This document shows positions 10,520-23,240 of a DNA stretch of 64,000 bases, piece by piece. This DNA comes from Plasmodiophora brassicae (taxonomy: Eukaryota): NCBI GenBank assembly GCA_036867785.1, contig CP145424.1, positions 186,001 through 250,000 on the forward strand, given 5' to 3'. Position numbers and translations under genes: made by a program. Numbering within the stretch: position 1 is the first letter of the stretch; every line of letters starts with the position of its first letter. The notes beneath the pieces were generated by a model. It was given only the letters and a program-made list of their open reading frames with translations. It was not told where the DNA came from and made no database searches.

Positions 10520-11210
10520 GAGCATCTCCACCCGTTGTACCTATACCTAAATTTTTCCGTAGGTTTAAAGATAATGATAATGAATTCGTTCCCCACCCGT
10601 TTACCTAACCATTTAGAGCATCTCCACCCGTTGTACCTAAACGTATACCTAAGCGGACTCATAGGGATCACCAAATTTACAGAAAAATGGGTGCTCCCCC
10701 CAGCGGTGCTCGGCGTCTCTAATTCTGTGAACAGCACACAGTGTGTCGCCGTGGAGTTGTCCGATCCGACGGCGTCCCACGCATTTCCGCTGCCGTTGGG
10801 CGCTACCTATACTCCGTGACAGATCTGCTCAGATCTGTGGCCCCGTTTAAAGACTCTACCTAAACGGTTAGGTATAGGTACAACGGGTGGGGAACAAATT
10901 CATTATCATTATCTCTAAATCTACGGAAAAAATTGGGTTTAGGTACAACGGGTGGAGATGCTCTAGGTAGAGTCATTAAACTGGACCACAGATCTGAGTA
11001 GATCTGTCACGGAGTATAGGTAGCGCCCAACGGCAGCGGAAATGCGTGGGACGCCGTCGGATCGGACAACTCCACGGCGACACACTGTGTGCTGTTCACA
11101 GAAATAGAGACGCCGAGCACCGCTGGAGGAAGCACCCATTTTTCTGTAAATTTGGAGATCCCTATGAGCCCGCTTAGGTATAGGTTTAGGTACAACGGGT
11201 GGAGATGCTC
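10520..11210. mobile_element. Harbinger-type MITE (outer copy), split by an inverted copy of the same family
   Basis: TIRs GAGCATCTCCACCCGTTGTACCT, 3-bp TSD TCT (10517-10519, 11211-11213). Segments 10520-10615 plus 10964-11210 match the reverse complement of the inner element. Confidence 0.9.
10616..10963. mobile_element. Harbinger-type MITE (inner copy, 348 bp)
   Basis: Same TIRs; inserted at a TTA site (left flank TTA, right flank TA). Confidence 0.9.
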
Positions 11211-11920
11211 TCTTGAGTCCCGAGCCGACGGCACTCATTTTGAGTGGCTGTCTGTCTCCCGCACCTACCTACCGTTCGCAGAAAGGAAGTGGTGCCCACA
11301 GTTTCTGCTGTCAGATGACCGATGTGCATTTTTTGCTGAGTGTGTACAGGGTTGTGTGGAATGGGGTAGCTTGGTAAAGTATGTACTATGGTGCATAATA
11401 CACTCATGTGCCCTATACCGAAGGACCGGCTGGCACCTTCCGAAGGCCGACGACTCGGAGATAGCCTTCGGACGGACGCCGACTCGAAAAGTACTTTCTG
11501 GAACCCGGGCCTCCTCACATGATGGACTACGTCGAACATTACGCATACATGCCAGAGCGGGAACTCGATTCTTGCATGAAACAGATATGTCACGTCAGAG
11601 GCAGACGAGTTCGTTCGTGCGACGCTTCGTATATGCCACTGCAGATACTCACCATTCTTTACGTATTACAATCTTCCAAAGACGTGTGGGTTATGTGCGA
11701 CACGCTCGACGACGGCCGGAAGCGTGACGTGGCGCAGCCACGTGCGCAACGCTATGAATAGTATGGCTTGGGTGGGAGAGCTGTTGGAAACTGCGGAGCA
11801 CCTGCGGCACGCCCGCCTACACCGTACGGACTGCGGAAATAAAAATCATTCACCAAGATGTCCGATAGTCAACGCGTTCAACGTACACCCAACCAACAAG
11901 ACGTGCATTTGACATATGTG

Positions 11921-14900
11921 TGTACTACAAAAGTAGTAGCTCTGACCGTATGCATGGGATCGTCCCACTGTACCTTTGAATGAACAGTTCTCTTATAAGG
12001 CGTCTAGCGTGCGTCCAGCTTGACGGCAGTCGTGTGGACCGCTGACGGCGCACCGAAAGCACAAAAACGTTTTTGTGTCGTGGAGAATTCACCTGAACTT
12101 GATCGCGTGAGCCGATCGCCCTGAACGCAAGTGAACCTGAACCTGAATCCTGACCGCGACGATGAACGGCGCGGGACGTAGACGGGCGCCTGCTGCAGAG
12201 CCGGCCGACCCAGTCGCCATGGAAGAAGTACATGAACAGCCTGAAGAACAACCCGCTGGGCATGACAACGTCAACGGAGCTGCCGGAAACATGCTGAAGG
12301 GGCAAACTCCGATCTTTACACCTGTGACACCCCCGCAATTGAACAGCACTGACTACAAATGTGTGACAGAATTCTTGACGAAGTACAAGAAGTATGCGGC
12401 TCTGATTGAAGATCGACGAAATCGCCACAGCCAGGATATCTACCCGGAAGCGATGAAGAGCTGTATGCCTGACAGGATCCTCAACAGCATTGCGAAATTT
12501 CGTGTTCGGAAACCTGTTCAGAACATTACTGATGACGACATCAAAGGATACCTCGTGAAGATTCAGCGAGAAGCATTGTGCGAGGACATGAACGATTGCG
12601 ACATCGATGAGCTCATACGAAAGACCATCGTTATGGACATGAAAATTGGTAACTGCGAAGCCCGAGTTAACGCTCACTTTGGCAAATTTGATCAGTTTAT
12701 CGAAGACCATGGCCTTGAATCTCATTTCTCTGGATCCGACGCTAAGGTAAAGCGCAAGATCAAATTGCTTCGAAAAGGTATACGTCCAGAAATCCTACGC
12801 AAACAACTGAAGAAGGATATGAAGTATGGTAACTATGAACACTGCTGGAAGGACGAAATGGCGTTCTTTGACCTTGTAGACAAACGAGCCAAAGAGCAGA
12901 ACCTATTCTTCCCGAAGAAAGTTCCCGATGATAACAACAATCGAAAGAATGGTAAGACCACCAATGCTCGGTCTAACGGGAAAAATGAACCACACAGCAC
13001 CACGAAGAATGACGACATCAACTCGCCGAAGAAGAAATTGAATGGTAAGAATGAGACCAATAGGATTCCTGAACATGAGGGTAAACAACCCCCTGAAGGC
13101 GGTTGCGCTTTCTGTCAAGGACCTCATTGGCTACCGATGTGCCCCAAGGTAAGTAAAACAGAACGGCAAGAGTTACTGAAGAAAATGAAATGAGACAAAA
13201 CACCGTCTAATGACGAAACGACGACACACAGCGGCAACGAAGCAGCGAAGACGAAGAATAAGCGGTTGGCAACGAGTACATCAACCCTAGGAACTGTCCG
13301 AGTTCACGAGTGCGCTACGTTCAACTACGAGTTTGATAGTGCATGCACGAAGACAACGCTTTCATTGGAGCAGTTATCGCAGATCCAACGAGAAAAATTT
13401 GTTGCGGTAAGAATGTTTGAGAAACCACTGATGAGTACCCTTGCGATAGGCAACGTACAAACGAAGATTGTTGGGTACGCTCTGCTTGACCTCAAGTTCA
13501 CGTCGCAGCATGGAACTGTTGCAACTATCAGACGGGTCGAGTGCGCGATCTCTCAAGAACCTATGAGTGATGGTACTCTCTTAGTAGGCGTTGCTGAATT
13601 GGATGCTTTAGGGATCAACCCCGACACCATCTTTGAAGAGAAATATTCGAACACCTCGGAAACTGATGTGACTACTTACAGCCGAGATCCAGCGATTGAA
13701 ATGTTACGCAGCAAGCGATTGCAGATGATCGCCCCACAGGATGAAGATGAGGAACAAGATGATCCTGATCCTGGAAAGGATTATGACGTTGAAGTTGGGA
13801 TATTCAACAAAACTGAGGTACAAATTGCATGTGACAACATGATTGAACGTGCACTTCAGGAAGGATTCCCTCCCGACGACAAAGAACGATTGCGCTCTAT
13901 AGTGCGCAAATACCCAATATGGCGAACGAAGATCGACAATATGCCACCGGCTAAGGTAACTCCGATGAGACTGCATGTCAAAGCAGATGTTAGGCCGGTT
14001 GTATGTCAACCACCAAAGTACCCGGAGACACACCAAGCGTTTCTCCACCAGCACACAACGACACTGATGGAAAACGGTCTCGTGTACCGCAATCCACATG
14101 CGCGTTTCGCCTCACGAGCGAATGTCCATGAGAAGAAAGACTTCGGTAACCGTGGATATCGAATGACCGCGAATTTTAAACCTGTGAATAGGCAGATTGA
14201 CCGCATCAATTGGCCCATGCCTCACATCGATGTTATTCTGATGTATTTACGTTCAGCTACGATTTTCATGCTGTTTGATGCATTTAAGGGATATTGGCAA
14301 TTCCCTTTGCACCCTGATTCTCAAGAGTTCTGTTCCTTCATGACTCACGAAGGTGTTTTTACGCCAACTCGTATCATGCAAGGTATTATTGGTGCCGTAT
14401 TCGCCTTCCAGTCTGGAATGCAAGAAGTTCTTGGCGACCTGCTGTATCTAGCCGCATTGTTGTGGATCGATGACGTACTGGGCTACGTCCGGGATCTCGC
14501 CGAATACTTCGTAATATTGGAACGTATTCTGAAACGTTTCCATGAGTATGGTGTCATGTTGAATCCGAACCGGTGCCACCTGTGGTTACGGAAAGTGACC
14601 TGGTGCGTCCGTGTTATATCTGCTGAAGGAATATCGTTTGACGAGTCATTGATCAATGCTCTGAAAACCTTGGCAACTCCTCAGAATGCTGCTGATCTTC
14701 AGCAATTTCTCTGTGCGCTCAATTGGATGCGTACTTCGATTCCTCGTTTTTCTGAACGCGTTCATCCCTTACAACAACTACTTCTGGAATCGTCACGTAA
14801 GATTCGCAGCCTGAAGAAAGGTCAGTTACGCCGTGTCACGCTTAGTTCGGTTGGATGGAATGAGGAACATACGCGCTGTTTCGAACGATTGAAGCAACAA

Positions 14901-17239
14901 TTGGAGGAATTGATGCTGATGGCACACCCGAAAGATGGGTTTATTCGATGTATATTCCCTGATGCTTCGGACCATCATTGGTCTGTCTTCTTGACACAAA
15001 TTCCTTGTGATGATTTGCCGAAACCACTTGTCGATCAACGTCATGAACCGATGGCTTTCATTTCTGGTTCGTTCCGTCACAATCAGTGTAGACCAGACCG
15101 CCCAACTAGGCCACGGGAGCAGCTGCTCTCGTGGCCTAGTTGGGCGGTCTGATCTACAAAACATCTCACCGACGGGAGTTCGAGCCTCCTCGAAGTCCGC
15201 CGGGGCAATCATTGAGAAGGAAGGTTTTGCGATTATCGAAGGATGCTATCGCTACCGACACTACTTGCATTCGGCTGATGCTTTTCGTATCTTCACTGAT
15301 CATCGCAACTTGATGTATATTATGGACCCATTTCGTTTCTCTACGAATTTGAGTCGCATGACTGGAGATCGAATTGAGAGATGGAGATTGCAATTGAAGT
15401 CGTTCAATTTTGAAATCGAACACATTTCTGGAGACGAGAATGTCTGGGCGGACCTTGGAACACGATGGGGAGCGAACGTCGAACCCGAGTCTTGTGCTCA
15501 GACCATATCTGCTCGTGCCTTACGTTTTACTCACAAAGCTGCACGTTTTGACGACTACCGTATTCATGACGAGTTCGTCTGGCCTACTGTTTCTGAAATT
15601 GCTCAGTCTCAATCTGAATATTGTATTGCACATGGAATTGAACCTGATGCATCCATGCTCACCTTGGAAGGAACGTCGACTATCGTGCGACGAAATTCTG
15701 ATCGTCTGTTTTCTACACCTGATTATCAGATTTGGATCCCAAATGAATCGTTGATTCTCAGGATCATGATCATTGCTCATATGGGATTATCCGGACACCT
15801 TGTTGAATCGGCAACCTTGGCTACGATTCTTTCTCACTTTTGGTGGCCTGGAATTGACAAGTCTGTTGCAGAATTTGTTAGTCGATGTTTGCATTGTCTT
15901 CGAAATCGACATGGAACTGCTGTACCGCGTCCATTTGGATATGCTTTGCATGGTTCGAAACCGAACGCTGTCTTGCATTATGATTTTCTGTTTATCGAGA
16001 AACCGCGAGCATCTTGCCATCATGCACTCCGGTATGTTCTTGTACTGAAAGACGACTTCTCGGGATTTGTTGAAATTGTCCCTTCTGAATCTGCTGATCA
16101 CTTTGTTGTTGTTGATAGTCTTTTGAATTGGTTCAAACGTTTTGGTATTGTTTATCAACACGTATCGGATCAAGGCTCTCATTTTATGAATCAAGTGGTG
16201 AATGATTTGCTACAACGACTTCACATTGCACACCACTTCACTACTGCTTACACCCCTTGGGCGAACGGAACCGTCGAGGTTGTCAATCGTCGCATTCTAG
16301 ATCTGTTTCTGATGAAGTCCCTAAATGTACAAGACTGGCCTGATTTGATTCCGGTGATTAACATGGTGCTCAATCATACGATTCGACCTCGCATCGGATA
16401 TGCTCCTGTGACGATTTTTACTGGTCTTGAACCAAGTACTTTGTTATCTACTATCTTTGTTACCCGTCTTGACGCTACCCTTGACCTGCCAATAACACCT
16501 GATCGATTACGTGAATCGACTGCTGACTTGATATCGGCTATGGACGACATGCACAAAGATGTTTCGCACCGTCTAGCCAAACAACGTCGCTTACGGCACG
16601 AATCACGCAAGCACCAGCGTAATGTGAAACCGATCAACTTCTCTATTAATTGGTGATTATGTCCTGGTTGCTAAGCGTTCTACTGCGCGCAAGACTACGT
16701 CTAATTGGACTGGTCCTTACCAAATCGTTGAAGCTGTCAATCCACATGTCTACACTGTCCAAGACTTGATTACGAAAGATCTGTCTACCGTACATGCGCA
16801 ACGCTTGAAATTCTACCATGATTCATCTCTGAATGTCACTTCGGACCTGCTACACAATATTGCTTTGACTGGTAACACCTACGTGATTGAACAAATTGAT
16901 GATATTCGAATCGATCCTGTTTCTGGAGATGTCCAACTACACGTTCGTTGGCTAGGTTTTCAGGATGATGATGCCACATGGGAACCATTTGAAACCATCA
17001 AAGATGATACTCCTGACATCGTCCGACAATTTCTGGCATCACGCTCTGACACATTGTCCTGCACCCTGTTGCACGATTTTTGAAACAGGGGAGTGTACTA
17101 CAAAAGTAGTAGCTCAGCTGACCGTATGCATGGGATCGTCCCACTGTACCTTTGAATAAACAGTTCTCTTATAAGGCGTCTAGCGTGCGTCCAGCTTGTC
17201 AGCAGTCGTGTGGACCGCTGACGGCGCACCGAAAGCACA
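11921..17239 (+). mobile_element. Ty3/Gypsy LTR retrotransposon family B, full length but degenerate
   Basis: LTRs 11921-12063 and 17094-17239 differ by a 3-bp indel and 3 substitutions; TSD ATGTG (11916-11920, 17240-17244); PPT AAACAGGGGAG. Gag 12162-13193 with CAFCQGPHWLPMC; RT (DAFKGYWQ, LLWIDD); RNase H (PDASD, IEKEGF); integrase (LHYDF, VSDQGSHF, NGTVE); chromodomain 16766-17083. Confidence 0.96.
12162..17083 (+). pseudogene. Family B gag-pol with lesions
   Basis: In-frame TGA at 13191-13193, an insertion with frame change in RNase H near 15087-15205, and a frameshift near 16645 (F-S-I-G-D-Y-V-L disrupted). Confidence 0.88.
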
Positions 17240-17702
17240 ATGTGTTGCTAGGGCTCAGAATGCCGCGTTACTACAAAGGGTCGAGGGTATGAGTCCAGAT
17301 GAGCGCCCCGCTGATCTCCGGACGCTCGAGGGCAGAAACGCTCAAGTTTTGTGCAACCAAGTGGCATACCCTGGTGGTCAATTCCCAACTGGACCTGCAT
17401 CCAAGCCCGCAATCAATTTGCGGCCTGTGTGATTAGATCGAGAGCGCCCGACTTGGTGCCACGAGCGCATCCGATTTTGTAAAGAGTACTATGACTGGCG
17501 GCGGCGGCTGCGCTGGTCTCCTTACAGTCACGAGCAGTTCCTTGGGACTCTAGAGTGTCAGGAGACGACACGACGGACGACTATTGTCTCCACAACACGG
17601 AATTAACCGACTGCCGAAGCCGTCGGTTGCCGTGGACGTTTATTCAAACTGCGCGGCTGCGCGACCCCCGTCGCGGCCGTGCCATAACAGTATAGTCCCC
17701 TG

Positions 17703-20700
17703 TCATCGGGCCGGCCGGCGGGGTGGCTTTCGCCACTTCGGCCCCGGCTTGGTTGGGTACCGAGCGTGGAAGTTAACCAACAATTCGTTGAGCCCACCTG
17801 TACCGTGTAGTTCTCCTGCGGGTTCCCACGTGCGTTCAGAAGGCGGGTACCCTTCCCAGTCGATCAAATATTCCAATCGGGAACGGCGATATCGAGAATC
17901 GAGGACATCGTGAACGATGAAGAGGGGAGCATCGTCATCCGCGAGAAGAATCGGTGGAGGAGGAGGTTGAGTGCGACCAGGGATAAGGTTGGCGACGTAA
18001 GGCTCGAGTTGAGATACATGAAATACATTGTGGATACGGAACTCGGCAGGAAGGTCGAGTTGAAAAGCAACCGGATTGACGAGTTGGCTGATAGGGAATG
18101 GCCCTAAAAATTGGTAGTCGAGCTTCGCGCAGGGTCGCAGAGTTTTCAGGGAGCCCGCGACGTAGCATCACTAAGTCGCCCACCTGAAACTTCGGAGACG
18201 TTTGCCGCTTCGCGTCGGCGAATCGTTTGGAATCGGCAGAAGCTCGAGTCAGTTGACGGGTCAAGAAGTTGCGAATCCTCTGCAAGGACTCAGCGCGCTC
18301 GTCGGCAGTCGGATTGGCGCTGGTAGACGGTCGAGGTTGCACGTCCATCACACGTGGGTGGTAGCCATAGTTCGCGAAAAACGGTGACATACCTGTCGCG
18401 GTATGGTCTGCATTGTTGTACGAAAATTCAGCTACGGCAAGGAGCGGCTGCCAGTCGTCTTGTAAGTAGTTGACGTACGCACGGAGATACTGTTCCATGA
18501 CTTGGTTCACCCGCTCGGTTTGGCCATCGGATTCTGGGTGCCGCGAAGAAGACAGGTTGCGTTGCACGCCGAGACGTATGAGAAGTTGCTTCCAGAACTT
18601 AGCGATGAACTGAGGCCCTCGGTCCGACACGATATCGTCAGGGAGGCCATGTAAGCGGAAGATATTTGCCAGAAACAAGGCAGCAAGGTCAACAGATGAT
18701 ATTGTTTCGTTGCAAGGAATAAAATGCGCCATCTTGGAGAGGCGGTCAACGACGACGAGGATGGAGTCATACCCGTTCGAACAGGGAAGCTTAACCACGA
18801 AGTCCATGGAAATGGACCGCCAAAGAGTCGTCGGCAGAGGGAGTGGCATGAGTAATCCGAAGGGCTTGTGCCGAGCCGTCTTAGTCCGACGACACGTATC
18901 GCAGGAGAGCACGTAACGGGCTACGAAAGGGGTCAAACCCGGCCACCAAAATTCGCGGCGAATTAACTGCACGGTTTTCCGAATACCGAGGTGGCCCGCC
19001 GTGACATTATCGTGGAAAGAGCGAAGAATGTCCAGTTTGCAGTCATCGCCAGAGACGACCACAGAATGTCCACGGTATAGAACGTCGTCTCGGACGCTAA
19101 AGTGGCGGCCGCTCGGACGATGAAGTCGCTGACGGGTGCGGCACACAAACGGGTCGGAAGCTTGGTTGCGGCGGATACGATCGAGGAGTGCGTCGGTTGT
19201 AGTATCGGCCACGTTGATCTGGACCTCCTGTAGGGGTCCTGGCCCGAGCCGCGACGCTGGAAGGAGCAGGAGTGACTGCTGGAGCACAACCTCATCCTGA
19301 TCAGAAGGCGCGTATTCGGGGCGACGAGTCAGGGCGTCCGCCTTGCCATGAAGACGGCCTGGTCGGTGTTGGATAACGAAATCAAATTCGTTAAGCAGTT
19401 GGGACCATCGGACTTGACGACGATTCAGTTTGTGAGTGCTGGTGAAGTATTCCAGATTCCGATGATCGCTGTGGATGACGGTCTGGTGTCGCGATGAGTC
19501 CAGGAACTGACGCCACTTTTCGAAGGTCTGGACGACCGCGAGAAGTTCCTTGTCGTAGATAGGAAAATTGATATCAGTAGGCGCGAGCTTGCGCGAGAAG
19601 AATGCCAACGGGTGAAGTTCATCATCGGGGCCCCGCTGCGACAAGACCATTGCCACCGCGAAATCGGAAGCATCCGTTTCCACTTCGCACGGGCGATCTG
19701 GGTCGAAATGAGCAAGGACAGGGGCTGACGTGAAAGCAACCTTGAGCGCCGTGAATGCGGCGTCTGCCGATTGATCCCAACGAAACGGCACGTTATCACG
19801 CGTGAGATTTGTCAGCGGTAAGGCCAGCTCTGCGAAGTGGGGAACGAACTTGCGATAGAAGTTAGCGAACCCGAGAAACACCTGCACCCCGTGGACGTCG
19901 GTCGGCTGTTGCCACGAGAGAATGCAATCGATCCTGGAGGGGTCAACCCGTATCCCGGAGGAGGACACCAAGAAACCTAAAAATTCCACTTCGACCGTAT
20001 TGAAGACGCACTTCTCCAGTTTAGCGTGGAGTTGAGCAGTGCGGAGTCGGTGTAGGACGAGACGGACATGGCGTTCATGGTCCTCGGGAGTCGATGAGTA
20101 GATCAGGATGTCGTCCAAGTAGATTACCACAAATACATCAAGGAAATCCTTGAACGTCTCGTTCATGAAGTACTGGAAGGAGGCCGGCGCGTTGGCTAAG
20201 CCAAACGGCATGACTAAGTACTCGAACAAGCCGTACGGCGTGCGGAAGGCCGTCTTCCACTCATCGCCTTCTCGGATCCGAACTTGGTTATAGGCGCTGC
20301 GGAGGTCGATTTTCGTGAAGATTGTTCCGGAGCCGAGCTGGATCAAGAGCTGGTCGATAAGTGGAACCGGATATCGGTTCTTGATAGTAACAGAGTTTAG
20401 ACCACGGTAATCTACGCACAGGCGAAGACTACCGTCCTTCTTCTTGACGAACAGAATTGGGGCGCCCGCCGATGAACGGGATGGACGAATGAGATTAGCT
20501 TCCAGGTTGATCCTGAGATACTCCTTCAAGGCTTCTTGTTCCCGGGGTGACAGCCCGTACAGACGGCAATACGGCGGGTCGCCACCAGGTTTCAGGTCAA
20601 TCGGACAGTCGAACGATCGGTGATCAGGAAGAGTCGTTGAGTTCGCCTTATCGAACACGTCAGTAAACTCCTGATATTGCGGCGGTAGTTCCGCGGCGTG

Positions 20701-22111
20701 GGCAGCGGAATCGGACGGTGACCATGTGTAGTGGATGGCATAGCAGTCTGCGCCGTCTTGCACGTCGTCTAAGAACGGTTCGGCGGAAACAAACGCGATG
20801 GAGAGCGGCTCCACAGGTTCGCCTGGCGGCTCCGTAGGTAGTCGACGGATCCGTTCCAACCGACGACGACGTGGAGGCCTGTGGCACGGAAGTCAGCAAG
20901 GCGTTGTCGATGACGCAGGGATCCGGAAGCATGGAAGGCGCACGTCTCGGGGCGGAGCTGTTGGCGATCAATACCAGGAGGGCGACCAGCCCCACGAGCG
21001 CACACAGCTGGGAGGCGAGTGACCCGTGTGGACTGCTGCGCCCTGAGCAGGCGAAAGGGGCGCGTCGACCCGCGCGGCGACGTGCCGGCGAAACCGAGGG
21101 ATGTTCTGAACAAGAGGGGGCCGGTGCCAAGCACGAAAGAGGCGGAAGCGGTGGCGGAACAGTGGCGGCAGCTGCGGTCGCCGACTCAGGCGGTGCGGCG
21201 GAATTCTCTGGTCGACCAGCGGCAGACACGGGCGGCACGAGTTCCGGACCGTCGACCAGAGAAGCAGCCACCGGCACTAATGGCTGGTCAGTAGCAGGCG
21301 CAGGCTGCACTAGTTCCGGAACGTCGACGGCGACCAGAGAAGCACCCACCGGTGGTAACGGCTGGGCAGTAACGGGAGACGACGAGGCGACGAAGTGATC
21401 AATGTCCAAAGGCGGTGCGCTCGGAAGCGGGCCGGGTTCGACGGGCAACCCCTCGGCGCAGCATAATAACGCGGCCGTGTCAGGAGAGCAGACGGCCGTG
21501 TCAGGAGAGCAGGCGACTGTGGCATCAGAAAGGGCGACCGTGTCAGCAGAGCAGGCAACCGTGTCGGCAGAGCCGGTGGGGTTCCCACCGGCCCGAGCAT
21601 CGAGCCACAAACGCGGTGATCCCCGAGTAATGCGTTCGCGTACGGTGCGACGAAGCCAGTCGATATCCGGATTGTGCTGTTCGAGCCAGGGCAGTCCCAG
21701 GATTATACGGTGACTCGGAGCGTCAATAACGTTGAGGACAATTGTGTCGTGGAAGGCCCCGTTGACGGAACACGGCAATGGCGCCGTCTCCAATGTGATC
21801 GGTGGCAGGTGACGGCCGTCAACAACCTTGACTGGAATCGGTTGTGCTTTGGAGCGGAGTGGCAGGCCATAGCGGCGGGCGAAACCGGCGTCGACGAAGG
21901 AAGATGTCGCTCCACAGTCCAAAAGGGCCGTCGTCGCCCACGGGCGATCGCCCGTGGATTGAAACGGAACGAATAAATGATGAGATGAATGAACAGTTGC
22001 GAAACAAAGAGCAGTGACGAGGACAGTGTCGGGTTGCGAGGACGAAGAACATTCGTGTATCGAGAGAGGGTGAGCTGCCAACCCGGGAGCAGTCACCCTT
22101 GACCATTTCCC
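17703..22111 (-). pseudogene. Family A Pol (PR, long spacer, RT, RNase H, IN, chromodomain) with two frame breaks
   Basis: PR LLDCGATSSF in ORF 20660-22168; RT YLDD in ORF 17935-20859 in a different frame. A 1-bp insertion near 18155 relative to copy 1 shifts the chromodomain out of frame. Confidence 0.85.
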
Positions 22112-23079
22112 GGCGGACGATGTGGGCATGTTGCGACCATATGGCCGGGCTGCCGGCAATACATGCACAATCCTTGCCGTTTGCAGCGCTCGCGCTCCTC
22201 CGGCGTTAGCTTGGTCCGAGTGGTCGGCGAGGCATCCGTAGCTAGGAGCGCGTGTGCCGGGGCATAGAGGGGGGCCAGGCGCGCTGCCTCTTTGACCATG
22301 GCGTCGAATGTCGGCGGATTGAGCTTGAAGAGCTCGGTCGAAAGCTCTGGGGCGAGCGACTTGCGGAACTTCGTCGCCAGGCGCTTTGACGGGAGACTGT
22401 ACTCGCCCTTCGAGGCCGACTGTACGGCGTTGTACAGGTACATGAACCGACGCAGATGAGCATCGAACGGTCCCGTTTGACGAAGGGCATCGAACCGGGA
22501 TTCGAGGGTCTCGACGTCCGGTTCTGGAAAATTAAACCGGAGCAGCGCGGCGAACGCGGCTGGGGAGGCGGTCGCATCCAGTTGACGAAAAACGAAACGC
22601 GCTTCGCCCTTCAGGCAGCTAGCCAGGAGCGCACGAGCGCCCGCTGACAGTGGCTGGGTCGACGAGAGATCGACGCGGGCAATGCTAGCGAATAGCGCCA
22701 GCCACTCGCTCGCCGGCAGGTCGTCGGAATTGCCGGAAAATTCGCTCAACGACACCTTAGTCGTCGTGACAACAGGATCGTTGCCATGTGACGACGGCTC
22801 AGCAGATGTTGCCGAGGGATCGGTCATGGGCGTAGGCGGCGTAGAGTGTGGACTGGCAAGCGCGTTGGTAAAGATCTTCAGCTGCTCCTCAGCGCGAGCC
22901 CGCATTTCCGTGAAGAACGCATCCTGTTGGATCTGGAAGGCCCGTAAGGCACCCGCGAGGGCGCGATCGGCGGCGTCCACATCGGCCAAGGTCGTTGGGT
23001 CGATGGGAGAGGGAGGCGTCGTTGGGCACTTGGCTTCGTCAGCCGTCGAGCCCGTCGAGCCGGAGCGCGTGACCGTCAT
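22093..23079 (-). CDS. Family A Gag
   Basis: Retrotransposon gag-like domain and [14 protein letters not shown] knuckle; start ATG approximate. Confidence 0.9.
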   Translation of the reverse strand: MTVTRSGSTGSTADEAKCPTTPPSPIDPTTLADVDAADRALAGALRAFQIQQDAFFTEMRARAEEQLKIFTNALASPHSTPPTPMTDPSATSAEPSSHGNDPVVTTTKVSLSEFSGNSDDLPASEWLALFASIARVDLSSTQPLSAGARALLASCLKGEARFVFRQLDATASPAAFAALLRFNFPEPDVETLESRFDALRQTGPFDAHLRRFMYLYNAVQSASKGEYSLPSKRLATKFRKSLAPELSTELFKLNPPTFDAMVKEAARLAPLYAPAHALLATDASPTTRTKLTPEERERCKRQGLCMYCRQPGHMVATCPHRPPGNGQG

Positions 23080-23137
23080 CGAGACGTACACGAGCGAAGA
23101 ACGAAGGGGGCGGACAGGCCGAAGGTAGACGATCGAG

Positions 23138-23240
23138 AGACGATGCGACGACAGACGGTGACGACAGACGGCGACAGACGATGCGACGACAGACGGTGAC
23201 GACAGACAGCGACAGACGATGCGACGACAGACGGTGACGA
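23138..23240. repeat. Tandem repeat (about 38-bp unit, about 2.5 copies) in the family A 5' leader
   Basis: AGACGATGCGACGACAGACGGTGACGACAGAC(G/A)GCGAC repeated. Confidence 0.85.

Noticed and set aside
18150-18160. Frameshift before the chromodomain of Gypsy copy 2 as programmed recoding
   Set aside because: Copy 1 lacks the extra base; it is a private 1-bp insertion or a sequencing error in a short homopolymer.
23138-23240. Repeat array considered as CRISPR-like
   Set aside because: No unique spacers; it is a simple tandem repeat in a retrotransposon leader within a eukaryotic genome.
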